Shown piece after piece: positions 51,314 through 64,000 of a stretch of 64,000 nt of DNA. The notes below the pieces were generated by a model that worked only from the letters and a program-made list of their open reading frames with translations, did no database searches and was not told the DNA's origin. Where the stretch lies: assembly GCF_006345805.1 (NCBI RefSeq), contig NC_043004.1, positions 79,050,001 through 79,114,000 of the forward strand. Reading direction: 5' to 3'. Each line of letters starts with the position of its first letter. Position 1 is the stretch's first letter. This stretch comes from Octopus sinensis. Lineage: Eukaryota. The position numbers and the translations under genes are program-made.

Positions 51314-51344
<31 letters not shown>

Positions 51345-52264
51345 GTATGTATATGCATATGTAATATATAATGCAAGCATAGACCACTTACATACCGGAC
51401 TCGGAGTTTCCCGGCAGCATCAGATATTAGACACGTACGACAGCCGACGAATGGTAGCAATAAATCGCATTAACTTATATCCAATGTTGCTTAGAAACTC
51501 TGCATTCTGGATGTAAGTACTACATGCATTTAATGATGTTAACGTCAATATTGACAAACAAAATTTGTCCGCATGTGTACATGCAAAATGCAGCATTATG
51601 TAAGAATCCTATATTGTATTTAATTAACATTTTGTTCTTATTTAATCTATTTTATAATAACCATCATTTGGTAACTTAAGGATATTTCTCAAATTTTTAA
51701 TATTGCTAGGATATTTCTATAGTATCTTATAAAATACTAATAGTATAATCGCAATATCCCGATGGCTTTGATGAGATTACAGTGATATTAAATCATATTT
51801 AATATCATTATCCAACAAACAATCAAGCAGAAAATGTTTGTCGGTCTATGAAAGGTTTTTTTTATATATATAACAATAGATATATCTGTTAAGTACACGT
51901 GACATGAAGAAAGAACAGAAACTTAACGCATCACAAAGAACTATCATCTGAGAGATGTTTTCAATTCAGTTGGAAAAAAAATCTGTTTTCTCTTAGACGA
52001 CATTGTCAGACCCGAAACATAAGATTCCTCCCATAGCCAACAGGCCACAGACGAATTCATCCAAATTCTTGAATTTCTCTGTTTACTTTCAACGAAGCAG
52101 ACGATCATCTCTTTTCCCAGTCGCTGACTCCTTTTTTGTTACGTCTTGATAGATATATCAGATTTCACCTTTATTTTTCTATCAATAAAGAATACTGATG
52201 AGTAACAACTGATTTTATTGTTATTGTTAGTATGTACATTGATATAAATAATATGTTATTTCAG

Positions 52265-52318
52265 GGCCAGACAGGAAGAATAGGACCAAATGGATTAAAA
52301 GGTGAAAGAGGGGAAATC
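52265..52318 (+). CDS. Collagen exon GQTGRIGPNGLKGERGEI
   Basis: gttatttcag|GGC...ATC|gtaagt; 54 nt. Confidence 0.95.
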
Positions 52319-52734
52319 GTAAGTATTTCTGTTTTATTAACTCTTACATCATATTATTTATTCGAATCGGTAGACTTGGATTCAATATCTTACAGTATTG
52401 TTTCATCCCTCTCATTTCTAGCTTCATATTTCGCTAATGTCGGTTTCAACCATTTATCTTTTTGGTTATTGATGAAATACGTACCAGTAATATATTCAGG
52501 AACCGATGAATTTGCATACAACACTTATTCTGAATCCTGCCAAATCATGTTCTGCAGGGCGAGAGATAGAGCCCTAGTAATACAGCACCAGATTATGTTA
52601 TCATATCAGCGTCGCTCAAACTAATGAAATCATTTTGAATTCATCATGTATTCACTTACTGTGCATATAACGAGTGACAGCGTAAATGCCAGACTATCTC
52701 TCAACCGATGTTAAATGAGTCTATTTAAAGAACA

Positions 52735-53335
52735 TATTAGGTGACCTTCGCTGACGACATTGATGGATCCCAGGACTATTAACACGAAGATTAGAAGATC
52801 TGACCTCACAACAGGCGTTTTATTTTATCTCAAAGACACTTGATTTTATTATCTTAATACTTCATATTACTTTATTAGAAGAAGAAGAATCCAACAAATA
52901 TAAAATTTTAAAATTTTATGAACAATCCACTCTGCTATGCGGAGCTGAAACATGGCCATTAACAAAAGAATTATTATCAAATAGATTAGAAGTCTTTTTG
53001 ATGAAGACTCTTGAGAATATTAAAGACGTCAGAAAAAACCAACGAAGTACTAAAAATGACAAAAACTAAAAAAAATTAATTAGAAACCACCCAAAAGAAA
53101 AAACTAAATATTTTAGACACTTAATTCTGAAAAATAATTAACAGAGATTGCAAATAAAAGGCAAAATAAATGTGTAAAGTGAAAAGCAAAAGAGGAAACC
53201 AAGGATTATGTAGATGGATGTCAAAAACTGGACTGACTCAGAATGCAGTGGATATATAAGGAAAGTACAGGAAGACCAAGATGGCGTACCAGGATATTCA
53301 ACCTGATGAAAGCAGACGATAACTGATAATGATGA
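52735..53335 (+). mobile_element. Old RTE-clade LINE fragment
   Basis: FADDI at 52747, LLCGAETWPLTK, RLEVF, KKLKYFRHL and LQIKGKI, in decayed frames. Confidence 0.7.
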
Positions 53336-53554
53336 TGTTTCTATATGCTTGGCAATTTAATTAGGTTGAAATGACTTCAAATGTTGCGTGACTTTGAAAA
53401 CAACTGACAAAACTACAGCTTCCGTATCCTTAAGTGGAGGAACTGAAACTAAATCGCGCATTTAATTCACCGAAAATTTACAATCCGCCTACACTCAGGA
53501 CCAATGCATACATAGAAGTTTTCAGTGATGAAGCCTTAGAGTTCTGGGATATTT

Positions 53555-53601
<47 letters not shown>

Positions 53602-54146
53602 TGTGTGTGTATGTGTGTATGTGCGTGCGTGCGTGTCTGTGTACAGAGAGAGAGAGAGAGAGAGAGCACATATATATATATGTGTGTGTGTGTGTGTGTA
53701 TGTGCGCGAGTTTGTGTATGCGTTTATGCGTTCACGCGCTCATGTGAGTGTATGTGTCACAAATCCGCAACTCTAAGACTTAATTGAAACCATCTACGTG
53801 CCAGCATGGATGATAAATTCTCAGTGAACTGGAAATTCCAATTTGATTTCCCTATACCAATTAAGATTGTGCCTTCCCTGGAACTTCAGGAAAGGTATAT
53901 ACACGAGGAAGAAAAGTCCAAAAAACACTTCTCGTTTACTTTCCTCTTGAATTTTTCATCAGTAATTTTGCATGAGAAACTGGATATGAATAATACAAAG
54001 AATGAACTAACAAAAGCTTATATTTTTATATTTTATACTTTAAAGGAAGCAAATCGATTCGGTGTACAAAATATTGATGTGTTCGAAGTTTCGTGTTAGG
54101 AAATCCAACGGAATACTGTGATATATATATCACAGTATCGCACTAT

Positions 54147-54815
54147 CGACCAGAGGATCAGATGCTGTACTGTTATACATCACTGGTCACGATGCTCTTC
54201 AAGTTTTTTCTTGGTTGCGTCATTCTTTTCCTTTATTATCCAAATCGCTCTACTAAATCGTCTTCACATAGTTGTGCAGGCATTCTGAGTGACCTTTTCC
54301 GATTTCTTGAATGTCACTCGGCAACTGCATGGATCCACCTGTTGTCTGTGAACCTTGCAGCATGTCCGGCCAAGCGAAACTCGTGCTTTCGCTACTCTAC
54401 GATCACATCATTCCCTTCGCTCCGTTCTCGAATCATCTCTCGAATTATTGCATCGATTTTTCCATGGCTCTTTGCGTTGTAGCCAATCAATATTTCATCC
54501 TCTTCGAAGAAGCCTACGTCTCACTCGTGTATAAGATCGCAGCTAGGATGCTGCCATTCAAGAACCTGGCACATATAGTGTTGTCTCTCTTTGTCTGCAA
54601 CACATCTTTTATTGAGTTAAGTGCCTTCCATCCCTCCCTTATTCTCTTTCACATTTCCGGATCTACATCTCGGTGCATATTCACTGTGTGCCCTAAGTAG
54701 ACGTACTCCTTTCCCTCCTCGTTTTTATTGCTTCCCACCTCTGTTCGGCCTTGTGCTATGTCTTCCGACCGCATATATTTTCTTTCCGTGTGGTTCATTT
54801 TAAGACCTACTGCGT
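54147..54815 (-). mobile_element. RTE-clade LINE 3' fragment with 3' UTR
   Basis: GLKMNH..KYM, EYVYLGH, KRIREGWKALNSIKDVL, ILYTSET, QRAMEK and RLAGHAARFTDNRW..AVAEW, with stops and frameshifts. Confidence 0.88.
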
Positions 54816-55376
54816 TTTGAATCCATAACAGTTATAACAGGGAATCGGGTTCTTGATTTCTCTTAGTTTCCTTAACTGCTGTGGATATCACACAACTTAC
54901 TAATAATGCAATAAGGCTGATGATGGTGATTGATATATACTGTATTGTTGTTTTATAGTTTGACGGTATGTGCATAGAAACACGACGATGGTGATAATAT
55001 AGCAAGGTGGTTGTCTTGTATCCGTTAAGTATGTTGTCCTTAAGAGATGATGAAATCTGCCTTAAAAAATATTGATTCAAGTTCATTGTTTATGCGATGA
55101 AAGTTTCCATTGTTATCAATGGTTGTTCAGCAATGCCTTGGATTTCACCTGGAGATGCCACATACATAAAGACCAAAGAAGATCAAGCTCAAAGTATTCA
55201 AGAAGAATTCAGAGATGATGAAATATTCGAATGCGATTGGAATCAAGAGGAAAGAAAAGAAAAACAGCATACAGCTTGATTTTCAAACTAATTCAAAACT
55301 AATTTTTCATTACTTTGTCCTGATATCGAAGCTATTTATTAACACCAACGATTATGTTGATACTCTGCTAAACCAA

Positions 55377-55777
55377 GGCGGCGAGCTGGCAGAAACGTTA
55401 GCACGCCGGGCGAAATGCTTAGCCGTATTTCGTCTGCCGTTATGTTCTGAGTTCAAATTCAGCTGAGGTCGACTTTGCCTTTCATCCTTTCGGGGTCGAT
55501 AAATAAAGTACCAGTTTCGCACTGGGGTCGATGTAATCGACTTAATCCGTTTGTCTGTCCTTGTTTGTCCTCTCTGTGTTTAGCCCCTTGTGGGTAGTAA
55601 AGAAATAGGTATTTCGTCTGTCTATATGTCTGAGTTCAAATTCCGCCGAAGTCGACTTTGCCTTTCATCCTTTCGGAGTCGATAAATTAAGTACCAGTTG
55701 CGTACTGGGGTCGATCTAATCGACTCGCCCCCTCCCCAGAAATTTCGGGCCTTGTGCCTAGAGGAGAAAAGAATATT
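55377..55777 (+). mobile_element. Dimeric SINE A with TSD
   Basis: Same two-monomer layout and junction (gtaaagaaata|ggtatttc at 55607) as 39807; flanking TSD tctgctaa(a/c)cc. Confidence 0.9.
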
Positions 55778-56434
55778 CTGCTAACCCTTATAACGGTGTT
55801 AAAAGTAGTACTGTTGCTATAGAGTGGTACTATGGCGGTCACATATATTACTGTATGTAACTGATGCTTATATTAATTGCAGAAGGATGAAACTAAGAGG
55901 CAGGCCTTCCATAATTGAGAAAATAAACAGAACGAAATGGTAAACTGTTTTTAAATTACTGAAAAGCGGCAATTGGCAAGAATCGTTGATACGTCGGATA
56001 AAATGTTTAGTACATTTCTTCCGGTTCTTTACGTTCTGACTTTATATCTCGCCGAGGTTAACTTAGCCTTTCACCCTTTCAGGGGACGATACAATAGAGT
56101 ATTAGTCAAGTACTGGAGTCGGTGTAATCGACTTCCCCCTCCCCTCAAAAATTTCTGGCTTTGAACCCTGCAATGGGTCCCATTCACGTGGAATCCTGTG
56201 CTCTCGGTCACTTCTATGCTATGGAAACCGGATAACATGTCTTATGAGTTCTGGGGCTCGAGAGAAACAAATGAAATTAATGTCATTTTTATCATTCTTC
56301 AGAACCAATATATATATATCTCAGTGTCAGTTTATTTCGTATCAATAATTCTACATACAAAACGTAATTAATTTGCATAAATTATATGTCATGAATTTAT
56401 CTTACAAACATGCTTATTTGTTTTCCAATTTCAG

Positions 56435-56488
56435 GGTCCCGAAGGTCCACCAGGTCCACCAGGTGTTGTCTCCGGGAAGGGAGATACG
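56435..56488 (+). CDS. Collagen exon with interruption GPEGPPGPPGVVSGKGDT
   Basis: ccaatttcag|GGT...ACG|gtatgg; 54 nt; GVV-S-GK-GDT imperfection. Confidence 0.92.
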
Positions 56489-57036
56489 GTATGGAAAGAC
56501 GTGCAGATGTATCAAGTACTACTCCGTTTTTATTTTTATTGCACGTCCTTCAGCCCGGCCACTAACCTACCTTATTATCCATAATGAATACTCCCCCAAC
56601 CCGCCCAACAACAACGATTTTGCCATTTCTATAATAACCCGCTTCTAGTGCTACTTTTCAATTCGAAACCTCTCTTTAATCCCGTTTAACGCCCACACAA
56701 ACGCTACAGGAAAAGATACAAATTGACAGTAGTTTTAATTTAAGCTTAACCATTAAAAAACCATTAAAAAAAACAAAAAAAAACTTCAGGAATATATCCT
56801 TCTAGAAACATATGCGCTATTCAATCTTTAATTATTATAACGATTAAATTACTGAAGTAGAGCAACATTTATGAAATCAAAATTTTAACGAAGTTTACAA
56901 ACAATACTCGAGAAAGTGTTATGAAAATCCAGCTTCACACTAATCTTCCGCTTCGTTAATAAACATACCTACATACATTATGTGTGTGTGTGTGTGTGTG
57001 TGTGTACGTATGTATATGTATGTATATATATGTGAA

Positions 57037-57373
57037 GGCGCGTGGCTCAGTGGTTAGAGCGTCGAGCTTACGATCGTGAGGTTGTGAGCTCGAATCCCGG
57101 ACCGGGCTGCGTGTTGTGTTATTGAGCAAGACACTTTATTTCACGTTGCTCCAATTCACTCAGCTGTAGAAATGAGTTGCGACGTCACTGGTGCCAAGCT
57201 GTATCAGCCCCTTTGCCTTTCCCTTGGACAACATCGGTGACGTGGAGAGGGGAGGCCGGTATGCATGAGCGACTGCTGGTCTTCCATAAACAACCTTGCC
57301 CAGACTTGTGCCTTAGAGGGTAACTCTCTAGGTGCAAACCCATGGTCAGTGTCTGACCGAAGGGGGTCACCAC
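57037..57373 (+). mobile_element. tRNA-derived SINE family C
   Basis: GGCGCGTGGCTCAGTGGTTAGAGCG (A box)...GAGCTCGAATCCC (B-box-like), then gtgttgtgttattgagcaagacac body. A diverged copy lies near 36465-36680. Confidence 0.85.
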
Positions 57374-57621
57374 CATATATGTGCATGCATATATATACAA
57401 ACAGTAAGCAACGTGAAATACGAAAAACAAATGAGTTGACTACGCAAACAACAAGAGAGACACAAATGGAAAGCAGGTCAAGTAACATAAAGAACGACCC
57501 TTCATCAGTTGTCGGCTGCCTATCTACTCTTTATTTCGAGCATTGAACGACAATACAATCCTTCGAAGGCAGTTACTCCCACCAATACCTAAAAAAAACT
57601 TGGGATTTATGGAGGGTCAAA

Positions 57622-57661
<40 letters not shown>

Positions 57662-57962
57662 TAAAGGGCACTAATCAGCGCCAGTATTGCTAGAAATAAG
57701 AGTCAATGCAACTGAATAGCCACAGAACGCACAAACTTAATCCCTGACAAGGGTGACAAGCTCTCTACAGCAGCAGATGTAGCCAGATTATCGATGATCC
57801 TGCATTTTGATGTTTACATATCATAATGTTCATCAGTTGCTCTCACCGCGCCTAGGATTAAACTAAGCTCGCCTTGTCAGATTATAAGATTTCCGTTGAA
57901 ATCATACGCTGATTTCATAAACGGTAAAAGGGTGAAAATTATAAATAATATGGGTAGCGTTC

Positions 57963-58014
<52 letters not shown>

Positions 58015-58258
58015 TATATATATATAGGCAGTCTTTATCGAAAGCGATTTTTAACCCAATATTCTGCATGCTATTCTTCATAGCTTTATCTACTTCGAGC
58101 TCCACCGCTGAGAGCTAATTCTTTCACGTTTCTCGAAGTTTCTAAGTTCTTATGATGTAATCGATCGATCCATCCATCCATACATACATACATACATACA
58201 TATATACATGTATATACATATACATACATATACATTTGTATGTATGCATGTATGTATG

Positions 58259-58297
<39 letters not shown>

Positions 58298-58546
58298 TAC
58301 AGTTTGTAAGCAAAAAAGATGGATAGTACTAGGTGCATGCTATAAAGTATATATGTAACCTGAGCGCTACTATTCAATTTTTCCGCTCTACAGTCTTTCA
58401 GGGAGCTCTCTCCCTCGCTATTACATACGAAATGACAAGGAAGTTACATTCAGCAAAATGAAGTATACACACGATAACGTTTATAGTGGTAATTTATATA
58501 CATACATACATACATACATACATACATACATACATACATACATACA

Positions 58547-58602
<56 letters not shown>

Positions 58603-60309
58603 GAGATTTAGTTGAATTAGGTACTTAAGTTGAAGTATCAAGTCAGTCCGGTATTATCCGCACAGCTCGAAGTAAGATGAATAAAATCGAAATAAGCAAT
58701 AAGATATCAAGTTGTGATGCAGTACGACCGTTTCAAGCGGCTCCATTTATTTGAACAATGCAGTCGTTACAAATTTAAATGTAGTGCATTTTCATATGTA
58801 AATGTGTGTGTATCTGTATGCATCTTTATTTTTTCTGATTCATAAGTAATTAAGTCATGGTTTGATAAGTAATTAATTAAGTACATGAATGAATTTTAAA
58901 GTGATTGTATGTAATCTTTTTTTAGTGTTGATAATTTATATATACACACATTTTTACCTGTTTTGGTTATGATAATCTTAAATTTTATTTTTATACAACA
59001 TAACAATATTGTTTATAAACAATTACCCATCGGGTCCCAAAATAAAATTTCCTGTTTCTTTAGGTTTCTTAGCGTCTTTCCCCTTTAACTGGTAATTAAC
59101 AACATGATTTAAAGTCATCCCCTACCCTGCCTCTTTTTATAAACAGTTACTTATATCCACTTATAAGATTACTCCTAATGTCTTATTTCCTCCCTGAGGA
59201 AAATGAACACATATGACAATATTTATGACCATACCTAGCCATGGGATGTCAATTAAATCTAGTCTTAGATTTAGTAGTTGATAAAAAGAGATAAATTAAT
59301 TAGCAATGAATTGCAATCCCTTACAACACTATGATTCCAATAGGCTTCATTCGATTCTTGGAAGTGTAGTATATTCTTAGCTACAATAATGACAACATGA
59401 ATTTCTTCCATCTTCTTGCTCTGAAAAATTATATTACTGTGTCCTACTTGTTAAAATTCTATTTATTTATTTTGTGTAGCTGAAGATGGCACAGCATTTA
59501 AATTGATTAAATGATTGCATTGTTCAATTAAATAGTGCCGCTGGAAACTGCATCACTACTTGATATCCTGTTGCTTATTTTGATATATAAATAAATATGT
59601 GTGTGTGTGTGTTGTGTGTATGCATGTGTTGTGTGTAGTGTGTGTGTGTATATATATATACACCACAATTAAAAATTCCTGTTTCTAAATTCTAAAACAT
59701 GTTACACATTTCAAGTTATTAGTTTTCAGCAAAAGATGGGAAGGAACTATTTCCCAAAATCATGTTTTAGGGTCGAAGGGAAATAACTGTTGAAAATTTT
59801 TAAGGCTTTGATAAAAGGGGAAATAGGCATGTGAAGTAAAGGCCGCATTTTTTCTAACATTTAAAAAAGGCCTAGATTTTTCAATGCACTCTCATAAAAT
59901 ATAAGTCATGGGTATTTCTTTTAACGACTTGATATAACTCGAAAGCCTGACTACATTCCATTTATCGAGTATGGCTTAAAGAAGTGCTAGGACCGTAAAA
60001 TCTTTCCTTGAATGTTCCCTCTGTCGTACCAATGCTACAGAACAGCAAGAAGGTCCGAACTTGTTAATCTCACCGCAGCTCTTATGAGGTGACATCTTTA
60101 CTGCAGTATCTGTCGATGGTTATGTACTTTTGTTTCTACATTGAGCAACAGAACTCGGTAGATGTCTTTCATCAGTTGTACCAATCAGAAATGACGGGTT
60201 CTTTATTTCTCTAAAAACAAATCATTTAGCAAAGACCACACGGGCGGTAAGATATTTAACCCGTGTCTGATGAAATATGTTCGACCTTTACAGCATTTGA
60301 AATTACCGG

Positions 60310-60380
<71 letters not shown>

Positions 60381-60400
60381 GTGTATGTGTGTGTGTGTGT

Positions 60401-60523
60401 ATGAATGTGTGTGTGCGTGTGTGTGTATACTTGGGTTAACAAAGCTACCATTTGTTTCATGCCGGTAGAATTCTCAGCAGCTACGAAGCCTGCCACATGG
60501 GATATTGTTACTCGTCCGCAACA

Positions 60524-60563
<40 letters not shown>

Positions 60564-60711
60564 TGTGTGTATGTGTGTGTGTTTGTATGAATGTGTGTGT
60601 GCGTGTGTGTGTATACTTGGGTTAACAAAGCTACCGTTTGTTTCATGCCGGTAGAATTCTCAGCAGCTATGAAGCCTACCACATGGGATATTGTTACTCG
60701 TCCGCAACATG
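60401..60711. repeat. Tandem duplication of about 125 bp of unique sequence separated by (GT)n
   Basis: atacttgggttaacaaagctacc...actcgtccgcaacatg occurs twice, with a period of about 187 bp. Confidence 0.95.
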
Positions 60712-61249
60712 TGCGTGTGTGTGTGTGTGTATACACACACATTATTTTGAAATGCTGTTGAAATATTACATACAGCTATATATGACTACAAAATTTTTCA
60801 GAAAATAATATGACAAGATAATAAGAAAGAGGCGAAGGAATTATTTAATCTGACAGTTAAAGCTTTATATCTGTTTCGATTGCAATAACGGCTAAAGAGA
60901 CATGTTTAATGTCCGTTGCTTATCGAAGTATCCTGAAATTTAATGAATTATCGTATCGTTCACTATTTATTCTCGTGCTCGGTTACCCCCCCCCCACTTT
61001 CTCTCTCTTCTCTCTCTCTCCTTCGCTTTTCTTTTTTTCCTTTTTACACATTCTGTCTTTCCACGTTGCACGTGAGATGCTGTTTTTTTTTGCAATGAGT
61101 CTGTGCTGGTACCAACTTTGTAAAACAAAAAAAAAGAAAAACTTTTTTGCTTTCCTTCATGCCTCCAACGCATGATTGCTTTTATCTGCCGAAATATATT
61201 TGTATGTATATATGTATTGTATATATATACATACATACATACATACATA

Positions 61250-61307
<58 letters not shown>

Positions 61308-61407
61308 ATATATATGCATGTATGTATGTATATATGTATGTATGTATGCATGTTTGTGTGTTTGTGTGTTTGTATGTGTGTGTGGTGTGTGTGTGTGTGT
61401 GTGTGTG

Positions 61408-62103
61408 CGCGTGTGTGAACGCGCGTGCGTAAAACGAAGTTTGTATTCTTAGAAAGTGCTAGCCATTCCGCTATTTTCTTCTTCCTGAGCATGATAATGA
61501 TATGTGAGCTGTTTAAGTATATTCCTTGCTTTTAAAATCCTGCCGCCTGATATCAATTAAAATGTCATTTCTGGTCATTAAATTTTTTTTTTTCTAATTT
61601 TTCTAATCCGAAAATTACAATATTTCACGACTGCAAATACATACGAAAATTATATTGCAATTAGCAATGCGTATAAGATTGGTTTGATTTAATTGTCGTC
61701 GACATCTGAGATTTCCAGAAACCACTTATGTTTGCTTTGTTTTGTAACGTTTTCCATAAATAACTTAATGCTTAACGCTTGTATATTTGATATGCTTTCG
61801 TGTGTAAAGCAAGATACGCAGCTATTTTTTCATATTCATTCCTTATATATAATCCTCATAAGATATATATGTGTAAACAATAGCAGCGTGGAAGGTGTTT
61901 GTAAGCCATTTAAGAACACATAAAAACCGTTCGATACACTTCAACATTCAAATTTAATTTGTCAACATATTTTCGTCGCTTAGAAACCGCGACCTGTTCA
62001 CTGACAAAGTTCCTGATCTCAGATCAAGTCACTTGCTATGCAAGTGCATCTCCGTAATAATGTGTATGTATGTATGATATATATATATATATATTATATA
62101 TAT

Positions 62104-62162
<59 letters not shown>

Positions 62163-63004
62163 CATACATGCATACATACATGCATACATGCATACATACT
62201 ACATACATATATATATAGAGAGAGAGAGATATATACATATATATATATATGTATGTATGTATGCATGTTTGTGTGTTTGTGTGTTTGATGTGTGTGTGTG
62301 TGGTGTGTGTGTGTGTGTGTGTGGTGTGTGTGTGTGTGTGTGTGGTGTGTTGTTGCCGCGTGTGTGAACGCGCGTGCGTAAAACGAAGTTGCATTCTTAG
62401 AAAGTGCTAGCCATTCCGCTATTTTTCTTCCTGAGCATGATAATGATATGTGAGTGTTTAAGTATATTCCTTGCTTTTAAAATCCTGCCGCCGCTGATAT
62501 CAATTAAAAGGTGCATTTCTGGTCATTAAATTTTTTTTTTCTAATTTTTCTAATCCGAAAATTACAATATTTCACGACTGCAAATACATACGAAAATTAT
62601 ATTGCAATTAGCAATGCGTATAAGATTGGTTGATTTAATTGTCGTCGACATCTGAGATTTCCAGAAACCACTTATGTTTGCTTTGTTTTGTAACGTTTTC
62701 CATAAATAACTTAAGCTTAACGCTTGTATATTTGATATGCTTTCGTTGTGTAAAGCAAGATACGCAGCTATTTTTTCATATTCATTCCTTATATATAATC
62801 CTCATAAGATATATATGTGTAAACAATAGCAGCGTGGAAGGTGTTTGTTGTAAGCCATTTAAGAAACATAAAAACCGTTCGATACACTTCAACATTCAAA
62901 TTTAATTTGTCAACATATTTTCGTCGCTTAGAAAACGCGACCTGTTCACTGACAAAGTCCTGATCTCAGATCAAGTCACTTGCTAGCAAGTGCATCTCCG
63001 TAAT
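61408..63004. repeat. Tandem duplication, about 650 bp unique blocks (61408-62058 and 62358-63004), period about 950 bp
   Basis: Near-identical blocks differing mainly by 1-3 nt indels, each preceded by the same compound microsatellite. Confidence 0.95.
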
Positions 63005-63019
63005 ATATGTGTATGTATG

Positions 63020-63078
<59 letters not shown>

Positions 63079-63288
63079 TTATATATATATATATATATAC
63101 ACATACATACACTGCATACATACATGCATACATGCATACATACATACATACATATATATATAGAGAGAGAGAGATATATACATATATATATATATGTATG
63201 TTGTATGTATGTATGTATGTGACCGAGTGAGTACCGTTGGCGATTTTTTTCCTCCGTCTTCCCTTCCTTGGATCTTTCCTTCTCCTAT

Positions 63289-63323
63289 GTTTCTGACGAA
63301 TAGCTCCGCTCGAAACGTTAAAT
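63289..63323 (+). ncRNA. Minimal type-I hammerhead motif, intact core
   Basis: GUUU-CUGACGA-A-UAGC-UCC-GCUC-GAAA-CG-UU^AAAU; the closing pair of stem II is mismatched (U/C). Confidence 0.55.
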
Positions 63324-63409
63324 CCTCCTTCTTTCTTTCCTTTCCTGAACGTCCAATAACTCTATACTTGTGTCCACGTCCTCGCGTTGTTGTGTTTTCA
63401 TGTTTGGAT

Positions 63410-63444
<35 letters not shown>

Positions 63445-63613
63445 TAATTGTATGTCTTAAGTGTTTACTATTAAGTGTATGTGATAAGTGTTTGTTATGA
63501 AGTACATATTATTAAGTACTTAATGAATATTTGAGTCCCAAGAAAGGGCAAAAATCAGCTTGGCTGCTTATTATTACTGAGGTACTTCATTTTTGCGCGT
63601 CGAGCGAATCTAA

Positions 63614-63667
<54 letters not shown>

Positions 63668-64000
63668 ATACATATATATATTATTTAAACTTTGGATATA
63701 TACCTAGTAGTATGCCGCTTAAAGCTCTTTCGCTGCCTATGGCTACCTGATGTCATCCACAGTTTTGATATAAGTGTCACTGGATCTACTCCAGGTATTC
63801 CGCAGTGTACGTTGAGTCTTTAACAAATGATGGAAACGGAACATGGAATTTACGGGAATATTTAATCTTCCCAACAATCGTTTCGACTCATCCTGAATCT
63901 GTTCCTTGCAGGTGAGAGACTATACAACTGGCTGTGTTGCATCCTTTGCTGCAGACATATCTCTTCAGGTGCCTTCTTAAAAAGATACCTCGTTCAATTT

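Noticed and set aside
57490-57850. Minus-strand CTGATGA motifs near 57505 and 57835 (also 41512, 51420 and 60267)
   Set aside because: GAAA or the stems are missing or broken; at most unrecognisable fossils.
59771-59803. Possible next collagen exon (ttttag|GGTCGAAGG...)
   Set aside because: Reads GRREITVENF then a stop; no Gly periodicity and no donor.

Overview
Eukaryotic genomic DNA that is AT-rich and dense in microsatellites. The SINE and repeat content points to a coleoid cephalopod, most likely Octopus (inference). The window lies inside one large + strand collagen gene. I traced 18 phase-0 exons (4786-56488; 1029 nt = 343 aa) with AG/GT boundaries. They begin at a K-C-x3-C-P-R-G junction and encode a Gly-X-Y helix broken by three short interruptions (non-fibrillar, FACIT-like architecture). 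Two further candidate N-terminal exons lie upstream, and the gene appears to extend past both ends of the window. The introns hold three near-full-length or internally deleted mariner elements, a mariner foldback built from two left ends, CR1-, RTE-, Gypsy- and Penelope-type fragments, several tRNA-derived SINE families, many palindromic MITE-like hairpins and long microsatellites. The most striking non-coding signal is a set of nine type-I hammerhead-ribozyme-like motifs (CUGANGA...GAAA...UH) on both strands. They include a canonical one (512-589), a U3-A8 covariant one (11101-11142) and several in the same sense as the collagen pre-mRNA. Nearly all ORFs in the supplied track are microsatellite or chance ORFs. 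Ribozyme activity, TE family names and organism are inferences that need searches or experiments.
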